Shown: positions 15,392 through 25,491, numbered from the stretch's first letter. The stretch: DNA of 64,000 nucleotides from Prochlorococcus sp. AG-355-B18 (GCA_003280965.1 QCDI01000001.1:96001-160000); one strand, 5' to 3'. Notes: generated by a model not told the origin, from the letters alone. A program made the numbers and translations.

Positions 15392-16480
15392 ATGAAGCTT
15401 TTCAAAAGCTTGCTCGTGGCTCCTGCAACATTAGGCTTACTTGCGCCTATGACTGCATCCGCTAACGAAGTAACTATTAATGATTTCAACGCTGCAGAAG
15501 AAATTGCAGTAACTAATAGCCGTATTGACGGTTTAGAAGCTAGATTCAATAATCTTGAAGCTGGTTCATTCTCTGAAACAACTACAGCATCATTCGGTGT
15601 TGATTTTGTTGTTGGTGCTGAAGACGGCGCAAAATCAGAGGCAACAGCATTTGGCTACCAAATGGGTATCGGTCTATCAACTAGTTTCACTGGTGATGAT
15701 TCTCTCGACGTAGCTATTGATATAGGTGATGGTTCTTCTGGCGCTTTAGCTTTTGACGATACTTCTGATGTGCTAACAGTTGACGGACTTACATATACAT
15801 TCCCAGTAGGTGGTGCAACAGTATTGGTTGGTGATTCAACTGACGTTAGTGCTTTATATACTGGAGCTTGTGCTTATAGTTCTTTCACTGATTACATGGG
15901 TAACTGTGGAACAGGAAGTACTGTTGGTGTAGGCGGTAGTGGTGTTACTGCTGCAATGTCATATGCATTTGATAGCGGATTCTCACTAGCTGCTGGTGTT
16001 TCTTCTCCTACATCTGAAATACTTGGTGCAGGTAAAATTTCAGCAACAACTGACGCAACAACTGGTGTAACAACCAATGGTCAAGATATCTACGGTATTG
16101 AAGCTGCTTACACTGCAGATTCTTACGGTGTATCAGTTGCTTATGCTGACTATGATTTAGGATCAACTGCATGGGGAATTAACGGCTACTACGCTTTTGA
16201 TGCTGTAACTTTAAGTGCAGGTGTTGAATCTGTAGATGATGGTGAAACAGCTGAAGGTTTCTTTGTTGGTCTAAGTTTCCCTGAAGTTGGACCTGGTTCT
16301 CTAGACCTAGGTATGGGAACAACAGGTAACTTCAAGGATGGAGCTACTGAGTACTACACATATGAAGCTTCATATGCTTATCCTCTAAATGATGGTGTAA
16401 CAATCACTCCTGGTGTTTACATCATAGAGGGTGCAACAGACGTTACTGGTGTAGCTCTAAAAACTTCATTTAGCTTCTAA
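15392..16480 (+). CDS. som: Outer membrane porin (Som-like), copy 1
   Basis: Signal peptide MKLFKSLLVAPATLGLL; FSETT motif; beta-barrel composition; terminal KTSFSF; ATG 15392 preferred. Confidence 0.88.
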   Translation: MKLFKSLLVAPATLGLLAPMTASANEVTINDFNAAEEIAVTNSRIDGLEARFNNLEAGSFSETTTASFGVDFVVGAEDGAKSEATAFGYQMGIGLSTSFTGDDSLDVAIDIGDGSSGALAFDDTSDVLTVDGLTYTFPVGGATVLVGDSTDVSALYTGACAYSSFTDYMGNCGTGSTVGVGGSGVTAAMSYAFDSGFSLAAGVSSPTSEILGAGKISATTDATTGVTTNGQDIYGIEAAYTADSYGVSVAYADYDLGSTAWGINGYYAFDAVTLSAGVESVDDGETAEGFFVGLSFPEVGPGSLDLGMGTTGNFKDGATEYYTYEASYAYPLNDGVTITPGVYIIEGATDVTGVALKTSFSF

Positions 16481-16547
16481 TTAAATTAATTTAATTATTA
16501 ATTAAAACTACACACACAAAAGGCCTACCTTACTGGTAGGTCTTTTT
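15568..16547 (+). repeat. ~980-bp direct repeat, copy 1 (porin barrel plus terminator)
   Basis: Matches 18731-19710 at constant offset 3163; only mismatch noticed 16523/19686. Confidence 0.93.
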
Positions 16548-16549
16548 TT
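16518..16549 (+). terminator. Intrinsic terminator of porin 1
   Basis: AAAAGGCCTACC-TTACT-GGTAGGTCTTTTTTT. Confidence 0.85.
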
Positions 16550-16620
16550 AGTTCAAAATCCATGGGGATAAAAAAGAATGTATCATTCATTTAATTGACA
16601 TCTTTTCTTTTGAATTATTA

Positions 16621-18438
16621 ATGGAATACGATATAGCAGAAATATCAAAATATATTCAAATTGCAAAAGATAAGCATAAAGAAGGAAATTTACATCAAGC
16701 AAATGAAATTTATAAAAAATTAATTAATCAAAAGATTTATACATATGATTTACTTATTTCATATGGACTTTTTAATAGAGAGATTAATAATCTAAAGATT
16801 GCTAAAAACTTATTTTTTTTGTCTGTTAAGAAATATCCATCAATTATCAAGCCTTATATATTATTAGCTGAAATTTTGAGGAAAGAGGGTAAATTTAATG
16901 ATGCTATAAAAACACTATTTGCAGCAAAAAATATAGAAAAATCTAATTCCGATATCTATTATAATTTATCAATCACTTATAGAGCTTTTAAATATCTTAA
17001 GGATGCATTACTTTCTATTGACTTTGCCATAAAGCTAAAGCCTAAAAATCAAATATATAAAATTTTAAAAGCTGATATTCTTACTGAATCTTTTCAAAAT
17101 GAAGATGCAAAAGAATTATTGACAAACTTAAAATTATCAAAAGATAGCACTTTACATTTTCAGAGGGAGATTTTAATCTCAAAGATATTTATTAATCAAA
17201 AAAAATATATAAAGTCAGAAGAAGTTCTTTTAAAATTAAAAAATTGGTTTAATAAAGAGAAAATTTTATATCTTACTTTGAGTGATCTTTATTTTAAAAA
17301 TAATGAATTAGAAAAAGGGATATCTATTTTAAAAGAAGGTATAAAACATTTCCCGGATTTCATCCCATTAAGGTTTAATTTGGGAGTCATGTATAGGAAT
17401 CTAGGGTTATTAGAGTTATCTATAAACACACACATAGAAATCTTACTAAAGGATCACTTGAATTCAAATAGTTTTTATGAATTATCAACTATGTATGATT
17501 TCTCAAAGCATAATGAACAATTAAAAACTCTTCTAAACATTGAAATAGAAAAGCTCTCTCCAATGGAAAAAATTTATATATGCTTTTCTAAAGCCAATAT
17601 TTATCATGCTAAGAAAGATTATAAAAAAAGTGCATATTTTTTAAAAATTGCAAATGAAGAAAAAATAAAACTTCAACCATCTGATTTAAAAAGAAAGTTA
17701 AATACAGGAAATCGCTATAGAAAAATAAAAATAAACAAAAAACTTAACTTAGAGAAAAGAATTGATAGTAATCGATATTTATTTATTGTTGGTATGCCAA
17801 GGTGTGGAAGCACATTGCTGGAGACCATTTTGAGTCTTAATCCTGAGGTTAAAGATATGGGAGAGGTTTTTTTCTTAGAGGAATCCCTTCTTAAAAATGA
17901 CGATTTAATAGGTGTTAAAAAGCTTTATGATGAAAAAGTTATGCTTATAGGTTCACAAAAGAAAATTTATACAGATAAAAATTTGTTCAATTTTTTATAT
18001 TGTCCAATTATCTATAATTTTTTCCCAAATGCAAGAATTATTCATTGTAAAAGGGACCCACTTGATAATATCCTTTCCATTTATAGGACTAATTTTTTGA
18101 ATCAAAGTTTTACAAGTTCTTTACATGATATTACCGAACTATATCTATACCATTTGGAACTTATGGATGAGTACAAAAACAAATTTGGATCGATTATTTA
18201 TAGTTATGATCATGATAAGGTAGTAATAAATCCTAAAGAAAATATTCGAAACTTAATTAATTGGCTTAATTGGGAGTGGAATGATAAATATCTCTCACCT
18301 CAAAAAAGTAAAAGAACTGTATTTACTGCAAGTAGTGCTCAGGTAAGAGAAAAAATTAATTCTAATTCTTCTGGATATTGGAAAAAATATGAGGATTTAT
18401 TGAAACCTGTAAGAAATCTTCTCCCCACGTGCGATTAG
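16621..18438 (+). CDS. TPR-repeat sulfotransferase family protein
   Basis: N-terminal TPRs; FIVGMPRCGSTLL, DKNL, RDPLDNILS, TASSAQVR. Confidence 0.88.
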   Translation: MEYDIAEISKYIQIAKDKHKEGNLHQANEIYKKLINQKIYTYDLLISYGLFNREINNLKIAKNLFFLSVKKYPSIIKPYILLAEILRKEGKFNDAIKTLFAAKNIEKSNSDIYYNLSITYRAFKYLKDALLSIDFAIKLKPKNQIYKILKADILTESFQNEDAKELLTNLKLSKDSTLHFQREILISKIFINQKKYIKSEEVLLKLKNWFNKEKILYLTLSDLYFKNNELEKGISILKEGIKHFPDFIPLRFNLGVMYRNLGLLELSINTHIEILLKDHLNSNSFYELSTMYDFSKHNEQLKTLLNIEIEKLSPMEKIYICFSKANIYHAKKDYKKSAYFLKIANEEKIKLQPSDLKRKLNTGNRYRKIKINKKLNLEKRIDSNRYLFIVGMPRCGSTLLETILSLNPEVKDMGEVFFLEESLLKNDDLIGVKKLYDEKVMLIGSQKKIYTDKNLFNFLYCPIIYNFFPNARIIHCKRDPLDNILSIYRTNFLNQSFTSSLHDITELYLYHLELMDEYKNKFGSIIYSYDHDKVVINPKENIRNLINWLNWEWNDKYLSPQKSKRTVFTASSAQVREKINSNSSGYWKKYEDLLKPVRNLLPTCD

Positions 18439-18503
18439 AAAAATGGCTATTGTCCTTTGCAATTTATTTGAATTGCACTAAAATTAATGGACAACTTAAT
18501 TCT

Positions 18504-18512
18504 GTGTGAGGA
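18504..18512 (+). promoter_or_regulatory. RBS / Yfr1 sRNA-complementary site
   Basis: GTGTGAGGA 6 nt before ATG 18519. Confidence 0.65.
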
Positions 18513-18518
18513 ATTTTT

Positions 18519-19643
18519 ATGAAGTTATTCCAGCAATTGCTGGTAGCACCTGCAGCTCTTGGTCTTTTGGCACCTTTATCTGTTAGTGCTTCCGAAGTTA
18601 ATTTTGATGACATCTCTACATACTCTAATGATAATTTAGAGATAGATGTTAACTCATTTAACCAAAAATCTACAAACAATCTTCTAGCCGGTGGAGAAGG
18701 TTTAGTTGATAGTAGTGATACTATTGGTGGATTCTCTGAAACAACTACAGCATCATTCGGTGTTGATTTTGTTGTTGGTGCTGAAGACGGCGCAAAATCA
18801 GAGGCAACAGCATTTGGCTACCAAATGGGTATCGGTCTATCAACTAGTTTCACTGGTGATGATTCTCTCGACGTAGCTATTGATATAGGTGATGGTTCTT
18901 CTGGCGCTTTAGCTTTTGACGATACTTCTGATGTGCTAACAGTTGACGGACTTACATATACATTCCCAGTAGGTGGTGCAACAGTATTGGTTGGTGATTC
19001 AACTGACGTTAGTGCTTTATATACTGGAGCTTGTGCTTATAGTTCTTTCACTGATTACATGGGTAACTGTGGAACAGGAAGTACTGTTGGTGTAGGCGGT
19101 AGTGGTGTTACTGCTGCAATGTCATATGCATTTGATAGCGGATTCTCACTAGCTGCTGGTGTTTCTTCTCCTACATCTGAAATACTTGGTGCAGGTAAAA
19201 TTTCAGCAACAACTGACGCAACAACTGGTGTAACAACCAATGGTCAAGATATCTACGGTATTGAAGCTGCTTACACTGCAGATTCTTACGGTGTATCAGT
19301 TGCTTATGCTGACTATGATTTAGGATCAACTGCATGGGGAATTAACGGCTACTACGCTTTTGATGCTGTAACTTTAAGTGCAGGTGTTGAATCTGTAGAT
19401 GATGGTGAAACAGCTGAAGGTTTCTTTGTTGGTCTAAGTTTCCCTGAAGTTGGACCTGGTTCTCTAGACCTAGGTATGGGAACAACAGGTAACTTCAAGG
19501 ATGGAGCTACTGAGTACTACACATATGAAGCTTCATATGCTTATCCTCTAAATGATGGTGTAACAATCACTCCTGGTGTTTACATCATAGAGGGTGCAAC
19601 AGACGTTACTGGTGTAGCTCTAAAAACTTCATTTAGCTTCTAA
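18519..19643 (+). CDS. som: Outer membrane porin (Som-like), copy 2
   Basis: Signal peptide MKLFQQLLVAPAALGLL; LLAGGEGL N-terminal region; barrel identical to copy 1. Confidence 0.88.
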   Translation: MKLFQQLLVAPAALGLLAPLSVSASEVNFDDISTYSNDNLEIDVNSFNQKSTNNLLAGGEGLVDSSDTIGGFSETTTASFGVDFVVGAEDGAKSEATAFGYQMGIGLSTSFTGDDSLDVAIDIGDGSSGALAFDDTSDVLTVDGLTYTFPVGGATVLVGDSTDVSALYTGACAYSSFTDYMGNCGTGSTVGVGGSGVTAAMSYAFDSGFSLAAGVSSPTSEILGAGKISATTDATTGVTTNGQDIYGIEAAYTADSYGVSVAYADYDLGSTAWGINGYYAFDAVTLSAGVESVDDGETAEGFFVGLSFPEVGPGSLDLGMGTTGNFKDGATEYYTYEASYAYPLNDGVTITPGVYIIEGATDVTGVALKTSFSF

Positions 19644-19710
19644 TTAAATTAATTTAATTATTAATTAAAACTACACACACAAAAGACCTACCTTACTGGT
19701 AGGTCTTTTT
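18731..19710 (+). repeat. ~980-bp direct repeat, copy 2
   Basis: Matches 15568-16547. Confidence 0.93.
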
Positions 19711-19711
19711 T
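19681..19711 (+). terminator. Intrinsic terminator of porin 2
   Basis: AAAAGACCTACC-TTACT-GGTAGGTCTTTTTT. Confidence 0.85.
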
Positions 19712-19829
19712 ATTTGAAAGAGTAAATTGTAAGATTTGAAAATATTGTTATATTAAATTTTGTAAGTGAAATTTATCAAAATATTTAAACTTGATCAAAT
19801 TTTACAAAAATTCATCCTGTATTAATTGA

Positions 19830-19961
19830 ATGTCACCAATATTTAAGTGTTTGATTTGTAGAAAAGATATTGAAAGATCTACCAAGACTTTTTGGATTAA
19901 AAAGGGTCATCTATTATGTTCAACTTGCCTAGACAATATCGACAAAGAAAAAAACCCTTGA
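19830..19961 (+). CDS. 43-aa CxxC...CxxC zinc-ribbon small protein
   Basis: Not in ORF track; MSPIFKCLICRKDIERSTKTFWIKKGHLLCSTCLDNIDKEKNP*. Confidence 0.7.
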   Translation: MSPIFKCLICRKDIERSTKTFWIKKGHLLCSTCLDNIDKEKNP

Positions 19962-20230
19962 TAATATCAAGAGTTAATTAAAAAATAAATTTTAATAGTA
20001 AATTAAATTTTTATGCTTAGTATCAACCAAATAAATCGTAATTAATGAGGATAGCTATTTAGCGTATCATGATTATTCACGTTGGTTTTAGGTAATTAAA
20101 AAAAGGAGTTAATAAGCAATTTTTTTAGCATAAAAAGATTTATGAGTAAAAAATAGAAATTGCCGATTATCTAATGGTATTAATTAACTGTGGCAAAATA
20201 AGCTTCTTGAAAAATATTCAAGAATTAAGC

Positions 20231-20338
20231 TTAAAACCATCCAGGAATAATTTGACCTGTAGTTACATATGCACCTACTGCTGCAACAAAACCTAACATT
20301 GCTGCCCAACCATTAAAACGTTCTGCTTCTGGAGTCAT
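20231..20338 (-). CDS. hli: High-light inducible protein (HLIP)
   Basis: MTPEAERFNGWAAMLGFVAAVGAYVTTGQIIPGWF*; AExxNGxxAMxG and TGQIIPGxF motifs. Confidence 0.95.
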   Translation of the reverse strand: MTPEAERFNGWAAMLGFVAAVGAYVTTGQIIPGWF

Positions 20339-20363
20339 GATAATAAAAGTATATTTGTGAACT

Positions 20364-20393
20364 ATTGTAACAGCATTTATGAAGCTTTGTAAA
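20364..20393 (-). promoter_or_regulatory. HLR1-like (RpaB) repeats upstream of hli
   Basis: Minus strand TTTACAAA-gc-TTCATAAA-tgct-GTTACAAT. Confidence 0.4.
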
Positions 20394-20866
20394 GTACTTC
20401 TTTAAATTTTATTTTTGATAAAGGGTTTATTACTTATTGGATTGTTCTCAAGTAACAAAGCTGGTACATTTATGTATTGGAATTATTTTACTTAACAATT
20501 ACTTGAATAATCTTCTTAAAGTTATTCTTAATTTGTCATTTATTTAGTATTTCGATATCTAATAAATTTTAGTATCTCTGTCATTGAAGACGTTAGGGAA
20601 ATTTTTTCATAAATTTTATTCTCACAAAAAAAATCAAGATTGATCTAAAGGCGTATATTTTTGAGTGTTCAATTTGAATTCTTAAATAAATATATTTATT
20701 TTGTCTTTATTTAAATAATCAAAAAATTCTTAATTGCAAATAATTTACCCTGAAAATCATGGATAAATCAACTTAAATATAGTTGCATGGTTAATTTGAT
20801 TTTAGATAATGTTTAGTGAATATCTATTTTCTTCGATTAGATAAAGTTGAACTCAATTCAGAAATG

Positions 20867-20938
20867 TGGGTCGCCTGAGATTCGAACTCAGGACCAGCCG
20901 GTTAAAAGCCGGATGCTCTACCGCTGAGCTAGCGACCC
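20867..20938 (-). tRNA. tRNA-Lys (TTT)
   Basis: GGGTCGCTAGCTCAGCGGTAGAGCATCCGGCTTTTAACCGGCTGGTCCTGAGTTCGAATCTCAGGCGACCCA. Confidence 0.97.
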
Positions 20939-21115
20939 ATTAGTGTAATATTGATTACATATGAAATTATCCCTTCTTAAGGCCAAAAAAACAACTTTTT
21001 ATTTCAAGTTGAACAATAGAAAAACAATTCTTAACTTATGAAATAAAAAATTAAAATTTCTCTCTAAATTTACTGTTGAAAGGTAAAATATTTAATAAAT
21101 ATTAGAATTTCAAAA

Positions 21116-21232
21116 ATGCTAAGAACAATCGTAGTTTTCGCTCCAATTATCGCTGCTTTAGCTTGGGTTGTATTTAACATACAAAAACCAGCAAGAGAGC
21201 AATTCAATAGAGACTTTTTGGGTAAGGATTAA
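21116..21232 (+). CDS. psbY: Photosystem II protein Y
   Basis: Not in ORF track; [38 protein letters not shown]. Confidence 0.9.
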   Translation: MLRTIVVFAPIIAALAWVVFNIQKPAREQFNRDFLGKD

Positions 21233-21238
21233 TTTAAT

Positions 21239-22651
21239 TTGATAAAGAAAGAAGTAAGAGTAATTGGGGCAGGTCTTGCAGGTTCAGAAGCCGCTTGGCA
21301 AATAGCTAATTCTGGTGTACCAGTAAAATTAGTTGAAATGAGACCTCTTAAATCAACTCCAGCTCATCATACAAGTGAATTTGGAGAATTAGTTTGTAGT
21401 AATAGTTTTGGGGCTTTAAGTCCAGACCGAGCTTCAGGTTTATTGCAACAAGAGCTAAGAGCCTTTAATTCATTGATAGTTAATACAGCAGATAAATTTG
21501 CTGTTCCAGCTGGAGCCGCTTTGGCTGTTGATAGGTCAAAATTTAGTAGTGCTTTGACTGAAACTTTATCTAATCATCCTTTAATCGAAATTAAGAGGTT
21601 TGAACAACTGGATTTCCCATGCGAAGAAAATATTACTATCCTCGCTACTGGTCCATTAACTTCAGACAAGTTGTTCTCAAAGATTCAAGATTTTACTGGT
21701 ATTGATGTATGTCATTTTTTTGATGCTGCTAGCCCAATAATTTATGGAGATACTATTGATCATGAGATTGTCTTTAAAGCTAGTAGATACGACAAAGGAG
21801 ATCCTGCATACCTCAATTGTCCAATGCATAAAAATGATTACATACAATTTAGAAATGAACTATTAGAGGGGGAACAAGCTAATTTAAAAGATTTTGAAAA
21901 AGAATCTGCTAATTTCTTTGAAGCTTGTTTACCAATTGAAGAAATTGCTAGAAGGGGAGTTGATACTATGAGATTTGGACCCTTGAAATCTATTGGGTTG
22001 TGGAATCCAAAATGGGGTGATCTATTCGATAAAGAAAATAGATTGAAAAAGAGACCCCATGCAATTGTTCAATTAAGGAAAGAAGACTTAGAAGGGAAAT
22101 TATTAAATATGGTAGGTTTCCAAACTAACCTCAAATGGTCGGAGCAAAAACGAATATTTAGAATGATACCTGGTTTGGAGAATGCTGAGTTTGTACGTTT
22201 TGGAGTAATGCATAGAAACACATTTTTAGAGTCTCCAAAATTACTCTTGCCAACATTGCAATTTATAAAGAGAGAAAATCTTTTCGCTGCTGGCCAACTA
22301 ACAGGAACCGAAGGTTATGCAGCCGCAGCTGCTGGAGGATTGCTTGCAGGAATAAATGCATCCTTATTAGCTAAGGGAAAGCAAACAGTAAGTTTTCCAA
22401 GTGAATCAATGATTGGTTCTCTTATGAATTTCATCAGTAATAGAAATAAAATAATGTCTAATCAGAAGAAAAATAAATTCCAACCAATGCCTGCTTCATT
22501 TGGTTTGGTCCCAGAACTAACTAAAAGAATAAATGATAAAAGATTAAGATATAACGCTTATCAAGAGAGATCTAAAAAAGCCTTGATTGGGTTTAAAAAA
22601 ATATTAGATTCATATTTTGAAAAAGATCATAAACTTGTCGAGATTTATTAA
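21239..22651 (+). CDS. trmFO: FAD/folate-dependent tRNA m5U54 methyltransferase
   Basis: [38 protein letters not shown]. Confidence 0.96.
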   Translation: MIKKEVRVIGAGLAGSEAAWQIANSGVPVKLVEMRPLKSTPAHHTSEFGELVCSNSFGALSPDRASGLLQQELRAFNSLIVNTADKFAVPAGAALAVDRSKFSSALTETLSNHPLIEIKRFEQLDFPCEENITILATGPLTSDKLFSKIQDFTGIDVCHFFDAASPIIYGDTIDHEIVFKASRYDKGDPAYLNCPMHKNDYIQFRNELLEGEQANLKDFEKESANFFEACLPIEEIARRGVDTMRFGPLKSIGLWNPKWGDLFDKENRLKKRPHAIVQLRKEDLEGKLLNMVGFQTNLKWSEQKRIFRMIPGLENAEFVRFGVMHRNTFLESPKLLLPTLQFIKRENLFAAGQLTGTEGYAAAAAGGLLAGINASLLAKGKQTVSFPSESMIGSLMNFISNRNKIMSNQKKNKFQPMPASFGLVPELTKRINDKRLRYNAYQERSKKALIGFKKILDSYFEKDHKLVEIY

Positions 22652-22675
22652 TATGTACTTCTTAGAGTCTATAAA

Positions 22676-24220
22676 ATGAAAACCAATACAAGAAATTTCG
22701 ATGCAATTGTTATTGGCTCTGGAATAGGAGGGTTGGTAACGGCATCACAATTATCGGCTAAGGGAGCAAAAGTCCTAGTCCTTGAGAAATACATTATTCC
22801 AGGAGGCAGTGGTGGCTCTTTCAAAAGAAGAGGGTATACGTTCGATGTTGGTGCTTCGATGATATTTGGATTTGGAGATAAAGGTTATACCAATTTATTA
22901 ACTCGTGCTCTAAAAGATGTTAATGAAAAATGTGAAACTATTCCTGACCCTGTACAACTGGAATACCATCTACCAAATAATTTTAATATTTCTGTAGATA
23001 AAAACTATGAGGAATTTATAAATAAATTATCAGCTTGTTTCCCTAAAGAAAAAAAAGGTATCAAGAAATTTTACGACACTTGTGCAAGTGTATTCAAATG
23101 TTTAGATTCAATGCCTCTTTTATCAATAGAGGATCCTAGTTATCTTTTTAAAGTTTTCTTTAAATCTCCACTATCCTGTTTAGGATTAGCTAGATGGTTG
23201 CCAGTAAATGCAGGAGATGTCGCCAGAAAGTTTATAAAAGATCCTGAACTTTTAAAATTTATTGATATTGAATGTTTTTGTTGGTCAGTAATGCCAGCTC
23301 TCAAAACTCCTATGATTAATGCGGGAATGGTGTTCACAGATAGGCATGCTGGAGGAATAAATTATCCAAAAGGGGGAGTAGGAACGATAGCGGAGAAATT
23401 GGTCTCTGGAATCGAAAAGTTAGGAGGTGAAATTCGATACAAAGCCAATGTGAAAGAAATCATTTTAAAAGATGAGAAAGCAGTAGGCGTTAAGCTTTCG
23501 AATCAGGAAGAAATTTATTCAGATATTATTGTATCCAATTCCACTAGATGGGATACATTTGGACTTGAAGATAAAAAGAAAGGATTAGTTGCGAATAAAA
23601 ACGTTCCAAAAAGTGAATATAAGTGGTCAGAAACATACAAACCCTCTCCCTCTTTTGTCTCTATTCACCTAGGGGTAGAGAAGAATATAATAAGCAAAAA
23701 CTTTAATTGTCATCACATAATAGTTGAGAATTGGGATGAATTAGAAAGTGAAAAGGGGGTAATTTTTATTTCTATCCCTACCTTGCTAGACTCGAGTTTG
23801 GCCCCAGAAGGCAAACATATCATACATGCATTTACTCCTTCTGCTATTAGTGAATGGGAAGGTCTATCAAGGAAAGAATATCTTCAGAAGAAAGAAAAAT
23901 ATTTTTCATTTCTTATTGATAAGATTTCTAATATTTTGCCTAACCTTAAACAAAATATTGATCATAAGGAAATCGGAACGCCAAAAACCCATAAAAAGTT
24001 TCTTGGCAGATACAAAGGTAGTTATGGGCCAATACCTAGTAAAAAGTTGCTTGGACTTTTGCCAATGCCTTTCAACACTACAAAAATTAAAAACCTATAT
24101 TGCGTAGGGGATTCATGCTTCCCAGGTCAAGGCCTAAATGCAGTAGCGTTTAGTGGATATGCTTGCGCTCATAAAATAGGTGCAAAACTTAATATAAACA
24201 GTTTCAAATTACCAAAGTGA
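22676..24220 (+). CDS. crtH: Carotenoid cis-trans isomerase
   Basis: GSGIGGL FAD motif, FDVGASMIFG, GINYPKGG, GDSCFPGQG. Confidence 0.92.
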   Translation: MKTNTRNFDAIVIGSGIGGLVTASQLSAKGAKVLVLEKYIIPGGSGGSFKRRGYTFDVGASMIFGFGDKGYTNLLTRALKDVNEKCETIPDPVQLEYHLPNNFNISVDKNYEEFINKLSACFPKEKKGIKKFYDTCASVFKCLDSMPLLSIEDPSYLFKVFFKSPLSCLGLARWLPVNAGDVARKFIKDPELLKFIDIECFCWSVMPALKTPMINAGMVFTDRHAGGINYPKGGVGTIAEKLVSGIEKLGGEIRYKANVKEIILKDEKAVGVKLSNQEEIYSDIIVSNSTRWDTFGLEDKKKGLVANKNVPKSEYKWSETYKPSPSFVSIHLGVEKNIISKNFNCHHIIVENWDELESEKGVIFISIPTLLDSSLAPEGKHIIHAFTPSAISEWEGLSRKEYLQKKEKYFSFLIDKISNILPNLKQNIDHKEIGTPKTHKKFLGRYKGSYGPIPSKKLLGLLPMPFNTTKIKNLYCVGDSCFPGQGLNAVAFSGYACAHKIGAKLNINSFKLPK

Positions 24221-24250
24221 ACGTTACCAAACTAAATTCATCCTCTTGAA

Positions 24251-24757
24251 ATGATAGAAAAGTTTAAAACTCTTTTTTTCGTGAAAAGTTCGTTAACTAC
24301 GTTATACTTAGCGCTTACAATTCCAATACCGTTTATATCAATTGATCAATTAAAAATACTTTCTATAACTGCATTTGTCTTAGGCCTTTATTTAATTATC
24401 AATATCACAAGCGACTACGTGGAGACTTGCAATAATAAAATTTCATACAAAACAAGCTTTATTTCTAGAACCTTAGGAAGAAAAAATTGGGAGATTTTTT
24501 GGAAAGATATTAAGTTGATTGAATCATTACCAACCAGTCAGGGTAGTAAAGTTTTTTACTTTAATACAAAAAAAGGGGATAATTTTCTTATTCCACAAAG
24601 GGTAGAAAATTTTGAAAAATTTTTGTTAATCGTGTCCAAAAATACTGGTATTGCAACTAATGAATTGTCTTATATTTCACCACTTTGGACTTATAAATTG
24701 CTTACGTTTTTATCAGTCCTTATGATTACAGGTGAACTTTTTGCTTTTCTGCATTAA
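24251..24757 (+). CDS. Conserved hypothetical membrane protein
   Basis: 168-aa ORF with TM segments. Confidence 0.75.
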   Translation: MIEKFKTLFFVKSSLTTLYLALTIPIPFISIDQLKILSITAFVLGLYLIINITSDYVETCNNKISYKTSFISRTLGRKNWEIFWKDIKLIESLPTSQGSKVFYFNTKKGDNFLIPQRVENFEKFLLIVSKNTGIATNELSYISPLWTYKLLTFLSVLMITGELFAFLH

Positions 24758-25491
24758 ATATTATCAATACTAAATCTGTAACCTTGTTGTCTTACGGTTG
24801 TTATACCTCCGCCTTCTCCTAATCCGGCCTGTTCTAACTTTCTTCTCAATGTTAGGACTTGAGTATCTACAGACCTTGGACCTCCACTGAAAGGAGGCCA
24901 GGCCATTCTTAGGAGCTCTTGACGACTTCTTACCATTCCAGGTGGCATCAATAGAGCGCAGAGCAGTGCAAACTCTCTTGGGCTTAATTCTACAGGCTTC
25001 TCGCTTAGTGTGACTTGTCTTAAAAGAAGATGAACTTCCAAAGGTCCAACTTCAACTTTTTCTTGTAAGCCTATTCTTCCTCTTTTTAAGAGGGTTCTAC
25101 ATCTTGCAGCAAGTTCTTCTAATCCAAATGGTTTCCTTAGAACGTCATCAGCACCTTCATCTAAAAGGTTAACTAACGCTTCCACGCCTGATCTCGCAGT
25201 CAAAACAATAACTGAACAACCTAATTGTTGAGCGAGTCTCATTGCAGTATTCTGCTCAAGGATTTCTGCACTTACTAATAAATCAGGCGACTGTTCTCTG
25301 CATAAATCCACTGCTTCTGCAGCCGATCCAACTGCGGCCGCAAGGTGACCATCTTGACGAAGACGTTGTACAAGCACAGTTCTAAGTGTGGGGTGAGGTT
25401 CAACAACTAGAACTCTTGAAGGAGTTTGTGAGCTCATAGGCAATTGTGAACTGCCAAGAGTTGAAGCTAAGATTTGCTCAGTTGATTGCAT
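24754..25491 (-). CDS. OmpR-family response regulator with atypical receiver domain
   Basis: GADD..KPF receiver end, LSPREF / RSVDTQV / VRQQGY winged helix. Confidence 0.9.
   Translation of the reverse strand: MQSTEQILASTLGSSQLPMSSQTPSRVLVVEPHPTLRTVLVQRLRQDGHLAAAVGSAAEAVDLCREQSPDLLVSAEILEQNTAMRLAQQLGCSVIVLTARSGVEALVNLLDEGADDVLRKPFGLEELAARCRTLLKRGRIGLQEKVEVGPLEVHLLLRQVTLSEKPVELSPREFALLCALLMPPGMVRSRQELLRMAWPPFSGGPRSVDTQVLTLRRKLEQAGLGEGGGITTVRQQGYRFSIDNI

Noticed and set aside
16478..16497. 20-bp perfect AT palindrome TAATTAAATTAATTTAATTA after each porin stop
   Set aside because: Pure A/T low complexity in an AT-rich genome; second copy is part of the duplicated block
20340..20866. Mobile element integrated at tRNA-Lys
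   Set aside because: No duplicate tRNA-Lys 3' end or integrase seen downstream
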